A DNA stretch of 64,000 nt from Eledone cirrhosa. Its lineage: Eukaryota. Position 1 is the first letter of the stretch. Each line of letters starts with the position of its first letter. Shown here one piece after another: positions 26,501 through 44,400 of the stretch. The stretch lies in NCBI GenBank assembly GCA_964016885.1, contig OZ024743.1:170810001-170874000 (forward strand), given 5' to 3'. The notes beneath the pieces are model-generated. The model worked only from the letters and a program-made list of their open reading frames with translations. It ran no database searches and was not told the origin of the DNA. Position numbers and translations under genes: made by a program.

Positions 26501-29500
26501 GTATCAACACCATAGTCACAACTACTGTAAGACCACTGTATCAACACCATATTCATAACAACCGTAAGACCACTGTATAAACACCATAGTCATAACTAAT
26601 GTAAGACCACTGTATCAACACCATAGTCACAACTACTGGAAGACCACTGTATCAACACCATAGTCATAAGACCACTGTATCAACACCATAGTCACAACTA
26701 CTGTAATACCACTGTATCAACACCATAGTCACAACTACTGTAAGACCACTGTGTCAGCACCACAGTCACAACTACTGTAAGACTACTGTTTCAACACCAT
26801 AGTCATAACTACCGTAAGACCACTGTATCAACACCATAGTCATAAGACCACTGTATCAACACCATAGTCACAACGACTGTAAGACCACTGTATCAACACC
26901 ATAGTCATAACTACTGTAAGACCACTGTATCAACACCATAGTCACAACTATTTTAAGACCAATGTATCAACACCACAGTCACACCTACAGTTAGACCACT
27001 GTATCAACACCATAGTCACAACTACTGTAAGACCACTGTATAAACACCATATTCGTAACTACCGTAAGACCACTGTATCAACACCATAGTCATAACTAAT
27101 GTAAGACCACTGTATCAACACCATAGTCACAATAACTGTAAGAACACTGTATCAACACCACAGTCATAACTACTGTAAGAACACTGTATCAACACCACAG
27201 TTATAACTACAGTAAGACCACTGTATCAACATCACAGTCACAACTACTATAAGACCACTGTATCAACACCACAGCCACAACTACTGTAAGACCACTGTAT
27301 CAACACAATAGTCACAACTACTGTAAGGCCACTGTATAAACACCACAACCACAACTACTGTAAGGCAACTGTAGCAACATCACAACCACAACTACTGTAA
27401 GACCACTGTATCAACACCACAGTCATAACTACTCTAAGACCACTGTATCAACACCACAGCCACAACTACTGTAAGACCACTGTATCAACACCACAGCCAC
27501 AACTACTGTAAGACCACTGTATCAACACAATAGTCATAACTACCGTAAGACCACTGTATCAACACCATAGTCATAAGACCACTGTATCAACACCATAGTC
27601 ACAACTACTGTAAGACCACTGTATCAACACCATAGTCATAACTACTGTAATACCACTGTATCAACACCATAGTCACAACTATTGTAAGACCACTGTATCA
27701 ACACCACAGTCACACCTAGAGAAAGACCACTGTATCAACACCATAGTCACAACTACTGTAAGACCACTGTATGAACACCATAGTCATAACAACCGTAAGA
27801 CCACTGTATAAACACCATAGTCATAACTAATGTAAGACCACTGTATCAACACCATAGTCACAACTACTGGAAGACCACTGTATGAACACCATATTCATAA
27901 CTACCGTAAGACCACTGTATCAACACCATAGTCATAACTAATGTAAGACCACTGTATCAACACCATAGTCACAATAACTGTAAGAACACTGTATCAACAC
28001 CACAGTCATATCTACTGTAAGAACACTGTATCAACAACACAGTTATAACTACAGTAAGACCACTGTATCAACATCACAGTCACAACTACTATAAGACCAC
28101 TGTATCAACACCACAGCCACAACTACTGTAAGGCCACTGTATCAACACCATAATCACAACTACTGTAAGACCACTGATTCAACACCGTAGTCACAACTAC
28201 TGTAAGACCACTGTATCAACACCACAGTCACAACGTCTGTAAGACCACTTTATCAACACAATAGTCACAACTACTGTAAGCCCACTGTATCAACACCATA
28301 GTCACAACGACTGTAAGACCACTGTATCAACACCATAGTCACAACTACTGTAGCACCACTATATAAACACCATAGTCATAACTACCGTAAGAGCATTGTA
28401 TCAACACCATAGTCATAACTAATGTAAGACCACTGTATAAAAACCATTCACAACTACTGTAAGACCACTGTATCAACAACACAGCCACAACTACTCTAAG
28501 ACCACTATATCAACACCACAGTCACAACTACTGTAAGCCCACTGTATCAACAGCATAGTCATAACTACTGTAAGAACACTGCACCAACACCATAGTCATA
28601 GCTACCGTAAGACCACTGTATCAACACCATAGTAATAAGACCACTGTATAAACACCATAGTCACAAATACGGTAAGACCACTGTATCAACACCACATTCA
28701 CAACTACAGTAAGACCACTGTATCAACACCATAGTTACAACTACTGTAAGACCACTGTATGAAAACAATAGTCATAACTACCGTAAGACCACTGTATCAA
28801 CACCATAGTCATAACTAATGTAAGACCACTGTATCAACACCATAGTCACAATAACTGTAAGAACACTGTATCAACACCACAGTCATAACTACTGTAAGAC
28901 CACTGTATCAACACCACAGTAACAACTACTGTAATATCACTGTATCAACAACACTGTCACAACTACTGTAAGACCACTGTATAAACACCACAGTCATAAC
29001 TACTCTAAGACCACTGTATCAACACCACAGCCACAAATACTGTAAGACCACTGTATCAACACCATAATCACAACTACTGTAAGACCACGGTATCAACACC
29101 GTAGTCACAACTACTGTAAGACCACTGTATCAACACCACAGTCACAACGTCTGTAAGACCACTGTATCAACACCATAGTCATAACTACAGTAAGACCACT
29201 GTATCAACACAATAGTCATAAGACCACTGTATCAACACCATAGTCACAACTACTGTAAGACCACTGTATCAACAACACAGTCACAAGTAGTCTAAGACCA
29301 CTGTATCAACACCACAGTCACAACTACTGTAAGCCCACTGTATCAACACCACAGCTACAACTACTGTAAGACCACTGTATTAACACCATAATCACAACTA
29401 CTGTAAGACCACGGCATCAACACCGTAGTCACAACTACTGTAAGACCACTGTATGAACACCATAGTCACAACTACTGTAAGACCACTGTATCAACACCAT

Positions 29501-32500
29501 AGACATAACAACAGTAAGACCACTGTATCAACACCATAGTCATAAGACCACTGTATCAACACCATAGTCACAACTACTGTAAGACCACTGTATCAACACC
29601 ATAGTCATAACTACTGTAAGACCACTGTATCAACACCATAGTCACAACTATTGTAAGACCACTGTATCAACACCACAGTCACACCTACAGTAAGACCACT
29701 GTATCACCACCATAGTCACAACTACTGTAAGACCACTGTATGAACACCATACTCAGAACTACCGTAAGACCACTGTATCAACACCATAGTCATAACTAAT
29801 GTAAGATCACTGTATCAACACCATAGTCGCAACTACTGTAAGACCACTGTATCAACACCATAGACATAAGACCACTGTATCAACACCATAGTCACAACTA
29901 CTGTAATACCACTGTATCAACACCATAGTCACAACTACTGTAAGACCACTGTGTCAGCACCACAGTCACAACTACTGTAAGACCACTGTATCAACACCAT
30001 AGTCATAACTACCGTAAGACCACTGTATCAACACCATAGTCATAAGACCACTGTATCAACACCATAGTCACAAATACTGTAAGACCACTGTATTAACACC
30101 ATAGTCATAACTACTGTAAGACCACTGTATCAACACCATAGTCACAACTATTTTAAGACCAATGTATCAACACCACAGTCACACCTACAGTAAGACCACT
30201 GTATCAACACCATAGTCACAACTACTGTAAGACCACTGTATGAACACCATATTCATATCTACCGTAAGACCACTGTATCAACACCATAGTCATAACAAAT
30301 GTAAGACCACTGTATCAACACCATAGTCACAATAACTGTAAGAACACTGTATCAACACCACAGTCATAACTACTGTAAGAACACTGTATCAACACCACAG
30401 TTATAACTACAGTAAGACCACTGTATCAACATCACAGTCACAACTACTATAAGACCACTGTATCAACACCACAGCCACAACTACTGTAAGGCCACTGTAT
30501 CAACACCATAATCACAACTACTGTAAGACCACTGATTCAACACCGTAGTCACAACTACTGTAAGACCACTATATCAACACCACAGTCACAACGTCTGTAA
30601 GACCACTGTATCAACACAATAGTCACAACTACTGTAAGCCCACTGTATCAACACCATAGTCACAACGATTGTAAGACCACTGTATCAACACCATAGTCAC
30701 AACTACTGTAGCACCACTATATAAACACCATAGTCATAACTACCGTAAGACCATTGTATCAACACAATAGTCATAACTAATGTAAGACCACTGTATAAAA
30801 ACCATTCACAACTACTGTAAGACCACTGTATCAACAACACAGCCACAACTACTCTAAGACCACTATATCAACACCACAGTCACAACTACTGTAAGCCCAC
30901 TGTATCAACAGCATAGTCATAACTACTCTAAGACCACCGTATCAAAACCATAGTCACAACTACTGTAAGACCACTGTATCAACACCATAATCATAACTAC
31001 CGTAAGACCACTGTATCAACACCATAGTCATAAGACCACTGTATCAACACCATAGTCACAACTACTGTAAGACGACTCTATCAACACCATAGTCATAACT
31101 ACTGTAAGACAACTGTATCAACACCATAGTCACAACTACTGTAAGACTACTGTGTCAGCACCACAGTCACAACTACTGTAAGACCACTGTATCAACACCA
31201 TAGTTATAGCTACCGTAAGACCACTGTATCAACACCATAGTAATAAGACCACTGTATCAACACCACAGTCATAACTACTGTAAGAACACTGTATCAACAC
31301 CACAGTTATAACTACAGTAAGACCACTGTATCAACATCACAGTCACAACTACTATAAGACCACTGTATCAACACCACATTCACAACTACAGTAAGACCAC
31401 TGTATCAACACCATAGTTACAACTACTGTAAGACCACTGTATGAAAACAATAGTCATAACTACCGTAAGACCACTGTATCAACACCATAGTCATAACTAA
31501 TGTAAGACCACTGTATCAACACCATAGTCACAATAACTGTAAGAACACTGTATCAACACCACAGTCATAACTAATGTAAGACCACTGTATCAACACCACA
31601 GTCACAACTACTGTAAGACCACTGTATCAACACCACTGTCACAACTACTGTAAGACCACTGTATAAACACCACAACCACAACTACTGTAAGACGACTGTA
31701 TCAACACCACAACCACAACTACTGTAACACCACTGTATCAACACCACAGTCATAACTACTCTAAGACCACTGTATCAACACCACAGCCACAACTACTGTA
31801 AGACCACTGTATCAACACCACAGCCACAACTACTGTAAGACTACTGTATCAACACAATAGTCATAACTACCGTAAGACCACTGTATCAACACCATAGTCA
31901 TAAGACCACTGTATCAACACCATAGTCACAACTACTGTAAGACCACTGTATCAACACCATAGTCATAACTACTGTAAGACCACTGTATCAACACCATAGT
32001 CACAACTATTGTAAGACCACTGTATCAACACCACAGTCACACCTAGAGAAAGACCACTGTATCAACACCATAGTCACAACTACTGTAAGACCACTGTATG
32101 AACACCATAGTCATAACAACCGTAAGACCACTGTATAAACACCATAGTCATAACTAATGTAAGACCACTGTATCAACACCATAGTCACAACTACTGGAAG
32201 ACCACTGTATCAACACCATAGTCATAAGACCACTGTATCAACACCATAGTCACAACTACTGTAATACCACTGTATCAACACCATAGTCACAACTACTGTA
32301 AGACCACTGTGTCAGCACCACAGTCACAACTACTGTAAGACCACTGTTTCAACACCATAGTCATAACTACCGTAACACCACTGTATCAACACCATAGGCA
32401 TAAGACCACTGTATCAACACCATAGTCAGAACGACTGTAAGACCACTGTATCAACACCATAGTCATAACTACTGTAAGACCACTGTATCTCACACCATAG

Positions 32501-35500
32501 TCACAACTATTTTAAGACCAATGTATCAACACCACAGTCACACCTACAGTAAGACCACTGTATCAACACCATAGTCACAACTACTGTAAGACCACTGTAT
32601 GAACACCATATTCATAACTACCGTAAGACCACTGTATCAACACCATAGTCATAACTAATGTAAGACCACTGTATCAACACCATAGTCACAATAACTGTAA
32701 GAACACTGTATCAACACCACAGTCATAACTACTGTAAGAACACTGTATCAACACCACAGTTATAACTACAGTAAGACCACTGTATCAACATCACAGTCAC
32801 AACTACTATAAGACCACTGTATCAACACCACAGCCACAACTACTGTAAGGCCACTGTATCAACACCATAATCACAACTACTGTAAGACCACTGTATCAAC
32901 ACCACAGTCACAACGTCTGTAAGACCACTGTGTCAGCACCACAGTCACAACTACTGTAAGACCACTGTATCAACACCATAGTCATAAGACCACTGTATCA
33001 ACACCATAGTCACAACTACTGTAAGACCACTGTGTCAGCACCACAGTCACAACTACTGTAAGACCACTGTATCAACACCATAGTCATAACTACCGTAAGA
33101 CCACTGTATCAACACCATAGTCACAACTATTGTAAGACCACTGTATCAACACCAGAGTCACAACTACAGTAAGACCACTGTATCAACACGATAGTCATAA
33201 CTATTGTAAGACCACTGTATCAACACCACAATCACAACTACAGTAAGACCACAGTATCAACACCATAGTCACAACTACTGTAAGACCACTGTATGAAAAC
33301 AATAGTCATAACTACCGTAAGACAACTGTATCAACACCATAGTCATAACTAATGTAAGACCACTGTAACAACACCATAGTCACAACTACTGTAAGACCAC
33401 TGTATCAACACCATAGTCACAATAACTGTAAGAACACTGTATCAACACCACAGTCATAACTACTGTAAGACCACTGTATCAACACCACAGTCACAACTAC
33501 TGTAAGACCACTGTATCAACACCACAGTCACAACTACTGTAAAACCACTGTATAAACACCACAACCACAACTACTGTAAGACCACTGTAACAACACCACA
33601 ACCACAACTACTGTAAGACCACTGTATCAACACCAGTCATAACTACTCTAAGACCACTGTATCAACACCACAGCCACAACTACTGTAAGACCACTGTATC
33701 AACACAATAATCACAACTATTGTAAGACCACGGTATCAACACCGTAGTCACAACTACTGTAAGACCACTGTATCAACACCACAGTCACAACGTCTGTAAG
33801 ACCACTGAATAAACACCATAGTCACAACTACTGTAAGACCACTGTATCAACACCACAGTCACAACTAGTCTAAGACCACTGTATCAACACCACAGTCACA
33901 ACTACTGAAATCCCACTGTATCAACACCACAGCCACAACTACTGTAAGACCACTGTATCAACACCATAATCACAACTACTGTAAGACCACGGTATCAAAA
34001 CCGTAGTCACAACTACTGTAAGACCACTGTATGAACACCATTGTCACAACTACTGTAAGACCACTGTATCAACACCATAATCACGACTACTGTAAGACCA
34101 CTGTATCAACACCATAGTCACAATAACTGTAAGAACACTGTATCAACACCACAGTCATAACTACTGTAAGACCACTGTATCAACACCACAGTCACAACTA
34201 CTGTAAGACCACTGTATCAACACCACAGTCACAACTACTGTAGGACCACTGTATAAACACCACAACCAAAACTACTGTAAGACAACTGTATCAACATCAC
34301 AACCACAACTACTGTAAGACCACTGTATCAACACCACAGTCATAACTACTCTAAGACCACTGTATCAACACCACAGCCACAACTACTGTAAGACCACTGT
34401 ATCAACACCACAGCCACAACTACTGTAAGACCACTGTATCAACACAATAGTCATAACTACCGTAAGACCACTGTATCAACACCATAGTCATAAGACCACT
34501 GTATCAACACCATAGTCACAACTACTGTAAGACCACTGTATCAACACCATAGTCATAACTACTGTAAGACCACTGTATCAACACCATAGTTACAACTATT
34601 GTAAGACCACTGTATCAACACCACAGTCACACCTAGAGAAAGACCACTGTATCAACACCATAGTCACAACTACTGTAAGACCACTGTATGAACACCATAG
34701 TCATAACAACCGTAAGACCACTGTATAAACACCATAGTCATAACTAATGTAAGACCACTGTATCAACACCATAGTCACAACTACTGGAAGACCACTGTAT
34801 CAACACCATAGTCATAAGACCACTGTATCAACACCATAGTCACAACTACTGTAATACCACTGTATCAACACCATAGTCACAACTACTGTAAGACCACTGT
34901 GTCAGCACCACAGTCACAACTACTGTAAGACCACTGTTTCAACACCATAGTCATAACTACCGTAAGACCACTGTATCAAAACCATAGTCATAAGACCACT
35001 GTATCAACACCATAGTCACAACGACTGTAAGACCACTGTATCAACACCATAGTCATAACTACTGTAAGACCACTGTATCAACACCATAGTCACAACTATT
35101 TTAAGACCAATGTATCAACACCACAGTCACACCTACAGTAAGACCACTGTATCAACACCATAGTCACAACTACTGTAAGACCACTGTATGAACACCATAT
35201 TCATAACTACAGTAAGACCACTGTATCAACACCATAGTCATAACTAATGTAAGACCACTGTATCAACACCATAGTCACAATAACTGTAAGAACACTGTAT
35301 CAACACCACAGTCATAACTACTGTAAGAACACTGTATCAACACCACAGTTATAACTACAGTAAGACCACTGTATCAACATCACAGTCACAACTACTATAA
35401 GACCACTGTATCAACACCACAGCCACAACTACTGTAAGGCCACTGTATCAACACCATAATCACAACTACTGTAAGACCACTGATTCAACACCGTAGTCAC

Positions 35501-38499
35501 AACTACTGTAAGACCCCTGTATCAACACCACAGTCACAACGTCTGTAAGACCACTTTATCAACACAATAGTCACAACTACTGTAAGCCCACTGTATCAAC
35601 ACCATAGTCACAACGACTGTAAGACCACTGTATCAACACCATAGTCACAACTACTGTAGCACCACTATATAAACACCATAGTCATAACTACCGTAAGACC
35701 ATTGTATCAACACCATAGTCATAACTAATGTAAAACCACTGTATAAAAACCATTCACAACTACTGTAAGACCACTGTATCAACAACACAGCCACAACTAC
35801 TCTAAGACCACTATATCAACACCACAGTCACAACTACTGTAAGCCCACTGTATCAACAGCATAGTCATAACTACTCTAAGACCACTGTATCAAAACCATA
35901 GTCACAACTACTGTAAGACCACTGTATCAACACCATAATCATAACTACCGTAAGACCACTGTATCAACACCATAGTCATAAGACCACTGTATCAACACCA
36001 TAGTCACAACTACTGTAAGACGACTGTATCAACACCATAGTCATAACTACTGTAAGACAACTGTATCAACACCATAGTCACAACTACTGTAAGACTACTG
36101 TGTCAGCACCACAGTCACAACTACTGTAAGACCACTGTATCAACACCATAGTTATAGCTACCGTAAGATCACTGTATCAACACCATAGTAATAAGACCAC
36201 TGTATAAACACCATAGTCACAAATACGGTAAGACCACTGTATCAACACCACATTCACAACTACAGTAAGACCACTGTATCAACACCATAGTTACAACTAC
36301 TGTAAGACCACTGTATGAAAACAATAATCATAACCACCGTAAGACCACTGTATCAACACCATAGTCATAACTAATGTAAGACCACTGTATCAACACCATA
36401 GTCACAATAACTGTAAGAACACTGTATCAACACCACAGTCATAACTACTGTAAGAGCACTGTATCAACACCACAGTCACAACTACTGTAAGACCACTGTA
36501 TCAACACCACTGTCACAACTACTGTAAGACCACTGTATAAACACCACAACCACAACTACTGTAAGACGAATGTATCAACACCACAACCACAACTACTGTA
36601 ACACCACTGTATCAACACCACAGTCATAACTACTCTAAGACCACTGTATCAACACCACAGCCACAACTACTGTAAGACCACCGTATCAACACCATAATCA
36701 CAACTACTGTAAGACCACGTTATCAACACCGTAGTCACAACTACTGTAAGACCACTGTATCAACACCACAGTCACAACGACTGTAAGACCACTGTATCAA
36801 CACCACAGTCACAACTACTGTAAGCCCACTGTATCAACACCACAGCCACAACTACTGTAAGACCACTGTATCAACACCATAATCACAACTACTGTAAGAC
36901 CACGGCATCAACACCGTAGTCACAACTACTGTAAGACCACTGTATGAACACCATAGTCACAACTACTGTAAGACCACTGTATCAACACCATAGACATAAC
37001 TACAGTAAGACCACTGTATCAACACCATAGTCATAAGACCACTGTATCAACACCATAGTCACAACTACTGTAAGGCCACTGTATCAACACCATAATCACA
37101 ACTACTGTAAGACCACTGATTCAACACCGTAGTCACAACTACTGTAAGACCACTGTATAAACACCACAGTCAAAACGTCTGTAAGACCACTGTATCAACA
37201 CAATAGTCACAACTACTGTAAGCCCACTGTATCAACACCATAGTCACAACGACTGTAAGACCACTGTATCAACACCATAGTCACAACTACTGTAGCACCA
37301 CTATATAAACACCATAGTCATAACTACCGTAAGACCATTGTATCAACACCATAGTCATAACTAATGTAAGACCACTGTATAAAAACCATTCACAACTACT
37401 GTAAGACCACTGTATCAACAACACAGCCACAACTACTCTAAGACCACTATATCAACACCACAGTCACAACTACTGTAAGCCCACTGTATCAACAGCATAG
37501 TCATAACTACTCTAAGACCACCGTATCAAAACCATAGTCACAACTACTGTAAGACCACTGTATCAACACCATAATCATAACTACCGTAAGACCACTGTAT
37601 CAACACCATAGTCATAAGACCACTGTATCAACACCATAGTCACAACTACTGTAAGACGACTGTATCAACACCATAGTCATAACTACTGTAAGACAACTGT
37701 ATCAACACCATAGTCACAACTACTGTAAGACTACTGTGACAGCACCACAGTCACAACTACTGTAAGACCACTGTATCAACACCATAGTTATAGCTACCGT
37801 AAGACCACTGTATCAACACCATAGTAATAAGACCACTGTATAAACACCATAGTCACAAATACGGTAAGACCACTGTATCAACACCACATTCACAACTACA
37901 GTAAGACCACTGTATCAACACCATAGTCACAATAACTGTAAGACCACTGTATCAACACCATAGTCATAACTAATGTAAGACCACTGTATCAACACCATAG
38001 TCACAATAACTGTAAGAACACTGTATCAACACCACAGTCATAACTACTGTAAGACCACTGTATCAACACCACAGTCACAACTACTGTAAGACCACTGTAT
38101 CAACACCACTGTCACAACTACTGTAAGACCACTGTATAAACACCACAACCACAACTACTGTAAGACGACTGTATCAACACCACAACCACAACTACTGTAA
38201 CACCACTGTATCAACACCACAGTCATAACTACTCTAAGACCACTGTATCAACACCACAGCCACAACTACTGTAAGACCACTGTATCAACACCATAATCAC
38301 AACTACTGTAAGACCACGGTATCAACACCGTAGTCACAACTACTGTAAGACCACTGTATCAACACCACGGTCACAACGACTGTAAGACCACCGTATCAAC
38401 ACCACAGTCACAACTACTGTAAGCCCACTGTATCAACACCACAGCCACAACTACTGTAAGACCACTGTATCAACACCATAATCACAACTACTGTAAGAC

Positions 38500-41400
38500 C
38501 ACGGCATCAACACCGTAGTCACAACTACTGTAAGACCACTGTATGAACACCATAGTCACAACTACTGTAAGACCACTGTATCAACACCATAGACATAACT
38601 ACAGTAAGACCACTGTATCAACACCATAGTCATAAGACCACTGTATCAACACCATAGTCACAACTACTGTAAGACCACTGTATCAACACCATAGTCATAA
38701 CTGCTGTAAGACCACTGTATCAACCCCATAGTCACAACTATTGTAAGACCACTATATCAACACCACAGTCACACCTACAGTAAGACCACTGTATCACCAC
38801 CATAGTCACAACTACTGTAAGACCACTGTATCAACACCATAGTCAGAACTACCGTAAGACCACTGTATCAACACCATAGTCATAACTAATGTAAGACCAC
38901 TGTATCAACACCATAGTCACAACTACTGTAAGACCACTGTATCAACACCATAGTCATAAGACCACTGTATCAACACCATAGTCACAACTACTGTAATACC
39001 ACTGTATCAACACCATAGTCACAACTACTGTAAGACCACTGTGTCAGCACCACAGTCACAACTACTGTAAGACCACTGTATCAACACCATAGTCATAACT
39101 ACCGTAAGACCACTGTATCAACACCATAGTCATAAGACCACTGTATCAACACCATAGTCACCAATACTGTAAGACCACTGTATTAACACCATAGTCATAA
39201 CTACTGTAAGACCACTGTATCAACACCATAGTCACAACTATTTTAAGACCAATGTATCAACACCACAGTCACACCTACAGTAAGACCACTGTATCAACAC
39301 CATAGTCACAACTACTGTAAGACCACTGTATGAACACCATATTCATAACTACCGTAAGACCACTGTATCAACACCATAGTCATAACTAATGTAAGACCAC
39401 AGTATCAACACCATAGTCACAATAACTGTAAGAACACTGTATCAACACCACAGTCATAACTACTGTAAGAACACTGTATCAACACCACAGTTATAACTAC
39501 AGTAAGACCACTGTATCAACATCACAGTCACAACTACTATAAGACCACTGTATCAACACCACAGCCACAACTACTGTAAGACCACTGTATCAATTCCATA
39601 ATCACAACTACTGTAAGACCACTGATTCAACACCGTAGTCACAACTACTGTAAGCCCACTGTATCAACACCACAGCCACAACTACTGTAAGACCACTGTA
39701 TCAACACCATAATCACAACTACTGTAAGACCACGGTATCAACACCGTAGTCACAACTACTGTAAGACCACTGTATGAACACCATAGTCACATCTACTGTA
39801 AGACCACTGTATCAAAACCATAGTCATAACTACAGTAAGACCACTGTATCAACACCATAGTCATAAGACCACTGTATCAACACCATAGTCACAACTACTG
39901 TAAGACCACTGTATCAACACCATAGTCATAACTACTGTAAGACCACTGTATCAACACCATAGTCACAACTATTGTAAGACCACTGTATCAACACCACAGT
40001 CACACCTACAGTAAGACCACTGTATCACCACCATAGTCACAACTACTGTAAAACCACTGTATGAACACCATAGTCAGAACTACCGTAAGACCACTGTATC
40101 AACACCATAGTCATAACTAATGTAAGACCACTGTATCAACACCATGGTCACAACTACTGTAAGACCACTGTATCAACACCATAGTCATAAGACCACTGTA
40201 TCAACACCATAGTCACAACTACTGTAATACCACTGTATCAACACCACAACCACAACTACTTTAAGACCACTGTATCAACACCAGTCATAACTACTCTAAG
40301 ACCACTGTATCAACACCACAGCCACAACTACTGTAAGACCACTGTATCAACACCATAATCACAACTACTGTAAGACCACGGTATTAACACCGTAGTCACA
40401 ACTAGTCTAAGACCACTGTATCAACACCACAGTCACAACTACTGAAATCCCACTGTATCAACACCTCAGCCACAACTACTGTTAGACCACTGTATCAACA
40501 CCATAGTCATAACTAATGTAAGACCACTGTATCAACACCATAGTCACAATAACTGTAAGAACACTGTATCAACACCACAGTCATAACTACTGTAAGACCA
40601 CTGTATCAACACCACAGTCACAACTACTGTAAGACCACTGTATCAACACCACAATCACAACTACTGTAAGACCACTGTATAAACACCACAACCACAACTA
40701 CTGTAAGACATCTGTATCAACACCACAACCACAACTACTGTAAGACCACTTTATCAACACCACAGTCATAACTACTCTAAGACCACTGTATCAACACCAC
40801 AGCCACAACTACTGTAAGACCACTGTATCAACACCACAGCCACAAGTACTGTAAGACCACTGTATCAACACCATAGTCATAAACACCGTAAGACCACTGT
40901 ATCAACACCATAGTCACAACTACTGTAAGACCACTGTATCAACACCATAGTCATAACTACTGTAAGACCACTGTATCAACACCATAGTCACAACTATTGT
41001 AAGACCACTGTATCAACACCACAGTCACACCTAGAGTAAGACCACTGTATCAACACCATAGACACAACTCCTGTAAGACCACTGTATCAACACCATAGTC
41101 ATAACTACCGTAAGACCACTGTATTAACACCATAGTCATAACTAATGTAAGACCACTGTATCAACACCATAGTCACAACTACTGTAAGACCACTGTATCA
41201 ACACCATAGTCATAAGACCACTGTATCAACACCATAGTCACAACTACTGTAATACCACTGTATCAACACCATAGTCACAACTACTGTAAGACCACTGTGT
41301 CAGCACCACAGTCACAACTACTGTAAGACCACTGTATCAACACCATAGTCATAACTACCGTAAGACCACTGTATCAACACCATAGTCATAAGACCACTGT

Positions 41401-44400
41401 ATCAACACCATAGTCACAACTACTGTAAGACCACTGTATCAACACCATAGTCATAACTACTGTAAGACCACTGTATCAACACCATAGTCACAACTATTTT
41501 AAGACCAATGTATCAACACCACTGTCACACCTACAGTAAGACCATTGTATCAACACCATAGTCACATCTACTGTAAGACCACTGTATGAACACTATATTC
41601 ATAACTACCGTAAGACCACTGTATCAACACCATAGTCATAACTAATGTAAGACCACTGTATCAACACCATAGTCACAATAACTGTAAGAACACTGTATCA
41701 ACACCACAGTCATAACTACTCTAAGAACACTGTATCAACACCACAGTTATAACTACAGTAAGACCACTGTATCAACATCACAGTCACAACTACTATAAGA
41801 CCACTGTATCAACACCACAGCCACAACTACTGTAAGACCACTGTATCAACACCATAATCACAACTACTGTAAGACCACTGATTCAACACCGTAGTCACAA
41901 CTACTGTAAGACCACTGTATCACCACCACAGTCACAACGTCTGTAAGACCACTGTATCAACACAATAGTCACAACTACTGTAAGCCCACTGTATCAACAC
42001 CATAGTCACAACGACTGTAAGACCACTCCATCAACACCATAGTCACAACTACTGTAGCACCACTGTATAAACACCATAGTCATAGCTACTGTAAGACCAC
42101 TGTATCCACACCATAGTCACAACTATTTTAGGACCAATGTATCAACACCACAGTCACACCTACAGTAAGACCACTGTATCAACACAATAGTCACAACTAC
42201 TGTAAGACCACTGTATGAACACCATAGTCATAACTACCGTAAGACCACTGCATCAACACCATAGTCATAACTAATGTAAGACAACTGTATCAACACCATA
42301 GTCACAATAACTGTAAGAACACTGTATCAACACCACAGTCATAACTACTGTAAGAACACTGTATCAACACCACAGTTATAACTACAGTAAGACCACTGTA
42401 TCAACATCACAGTCACAACTACTATAAGACCACTGTATCAACACCACAGCCACAACTACTATAAGACCACTGTATCAACACCGTAATCACAACTACTGTA
42501 AGACCACTGATTCAACACCGTAGTCACAACTACTGTAAGACCACTGTATCAACACCACAGTCATAACTACTCTAAGACCACTGTATCAACACCACAGCCA
42601 CAACTACTGTAAGACCACTGTATCAACACCATAATCACAACTACTGTAAGACCACGGTATCAACACCGTAGTCACAACTACTGTAAGACCACTGTATCAA
42701 CACCACAGTCACAACGTCTGTAAGACCACTGTATCAACACCATAGTCATAACTACAGTAAGACCACTGTATCAACACCATAGTCATAAGACCACTGTATC
42801 AACACCATAGTCACAACTACTGTAAGACCACTGTATCAACAAAACAGTCACAATTAGTCTAAGACCACTGTATCAACACCACAGTCACAACTACTGTAAG
42901 CCCACTGTATCAACACCACAGCCACAACTACTGTAAGACCACTGTATCAACACCATAATCACAACTACTGTAAGACCACGGCATCAACACCGTAGTCACA
43001 ACTACTGTAAGACCACTGTATGAACACCATAGTCACAACTACTGTAAGACCACTGTATCAACACCATAGATATAACTACAGTAAGACCACTGTATCAACA
43101 CCATAGTCATAAGACCACTGTATCAACACCATAGTCACAACTACTGTAAGACCACTGTATCAACACCATAGTCATAACTACTGTAAGACCACTGTATCAA
43201 CACCATAGTCACAACTATTGTAAGACCACTGTATCAACACCACAGTCACACCTACAGTAAGACCACTGTATCACCACCATAGTCACAACTACTGTAAGAC
43301 CACTGTATGAACACCATAGTCAGAACTACCGTAAGACCACTGTATCAACACCATAGTCATAACTAATGTAAGACCACTGTATCAACACCATAGTCACAAC
43401 TACTGTAAGACCACTGTATCAACACCATAGTCATAAGACCACTGTATCAACACCATAGTCACAACTACAGTAATACCACTGTATCAACACCATAGTCACA
43501 ACTACTGTAAGACCACTGTGTCAGCACCACAGTCACAACTACTGTAAGACCACTGTATCAACACCATAGTCATAACTACCGTAAGACCACTGTATCAACA
43601 CCATAGTCATAAGACCACTGTATCAACACCATAGTCACAAATACTGTAAGACCACTGTATTAACACCATAGTCATAACTACTGTAAGACCACTGTATCAA
43701 CACCATAGTCACAACTATTTTAAGACCAATGTATCAACACCACAGTCACACCTACAGTAAAACCACTGTATCAACACCATAGTCACAACTACTGTAAGAC
43801 CACTGTATGAACACCATATTCATAACTACCGTAAGACCACTGTATCAACACCATAGTCATAACTAATGTAAGACCACTGTATCAACACCATAGTCACAAT
43901 AACTGTAAGAACACTGTATCAACACCACAGTCATAACTACTGTAAGAACACTGTATCAACACCACAGTTATAACTACAGTAAGACCACTGTATCAACATC
44001 ACAGTCACAACTACTATAAGACCACTGTATCAACACCACAGCCACAACTACTGTAAGACCACTGTATCAATACCATAATCACAACTACTGTAAGACCACT
44101 GATTCAACACCACAGCCACAACTACTGTAAGACCACTGTATCAACACCATAATCACAACTACTGTAAGACCACTGATTCAACACCGTAGTCACAACTACT
44201 GTAAGCCCACTGTATCAACACCACAGCCACAACTACTGTAAGACCACTGTATCAACACCATAATCACAACTACTGTAAGACCACGGTATCAACACCGTAG
44301 TCACAACTACTGTAAGACCACTGTATGAACACCATCGTCACAACTACTGTAAGACCACTGTATCAACACCATAGTCATAACTACAGTAAGACCACTGTAT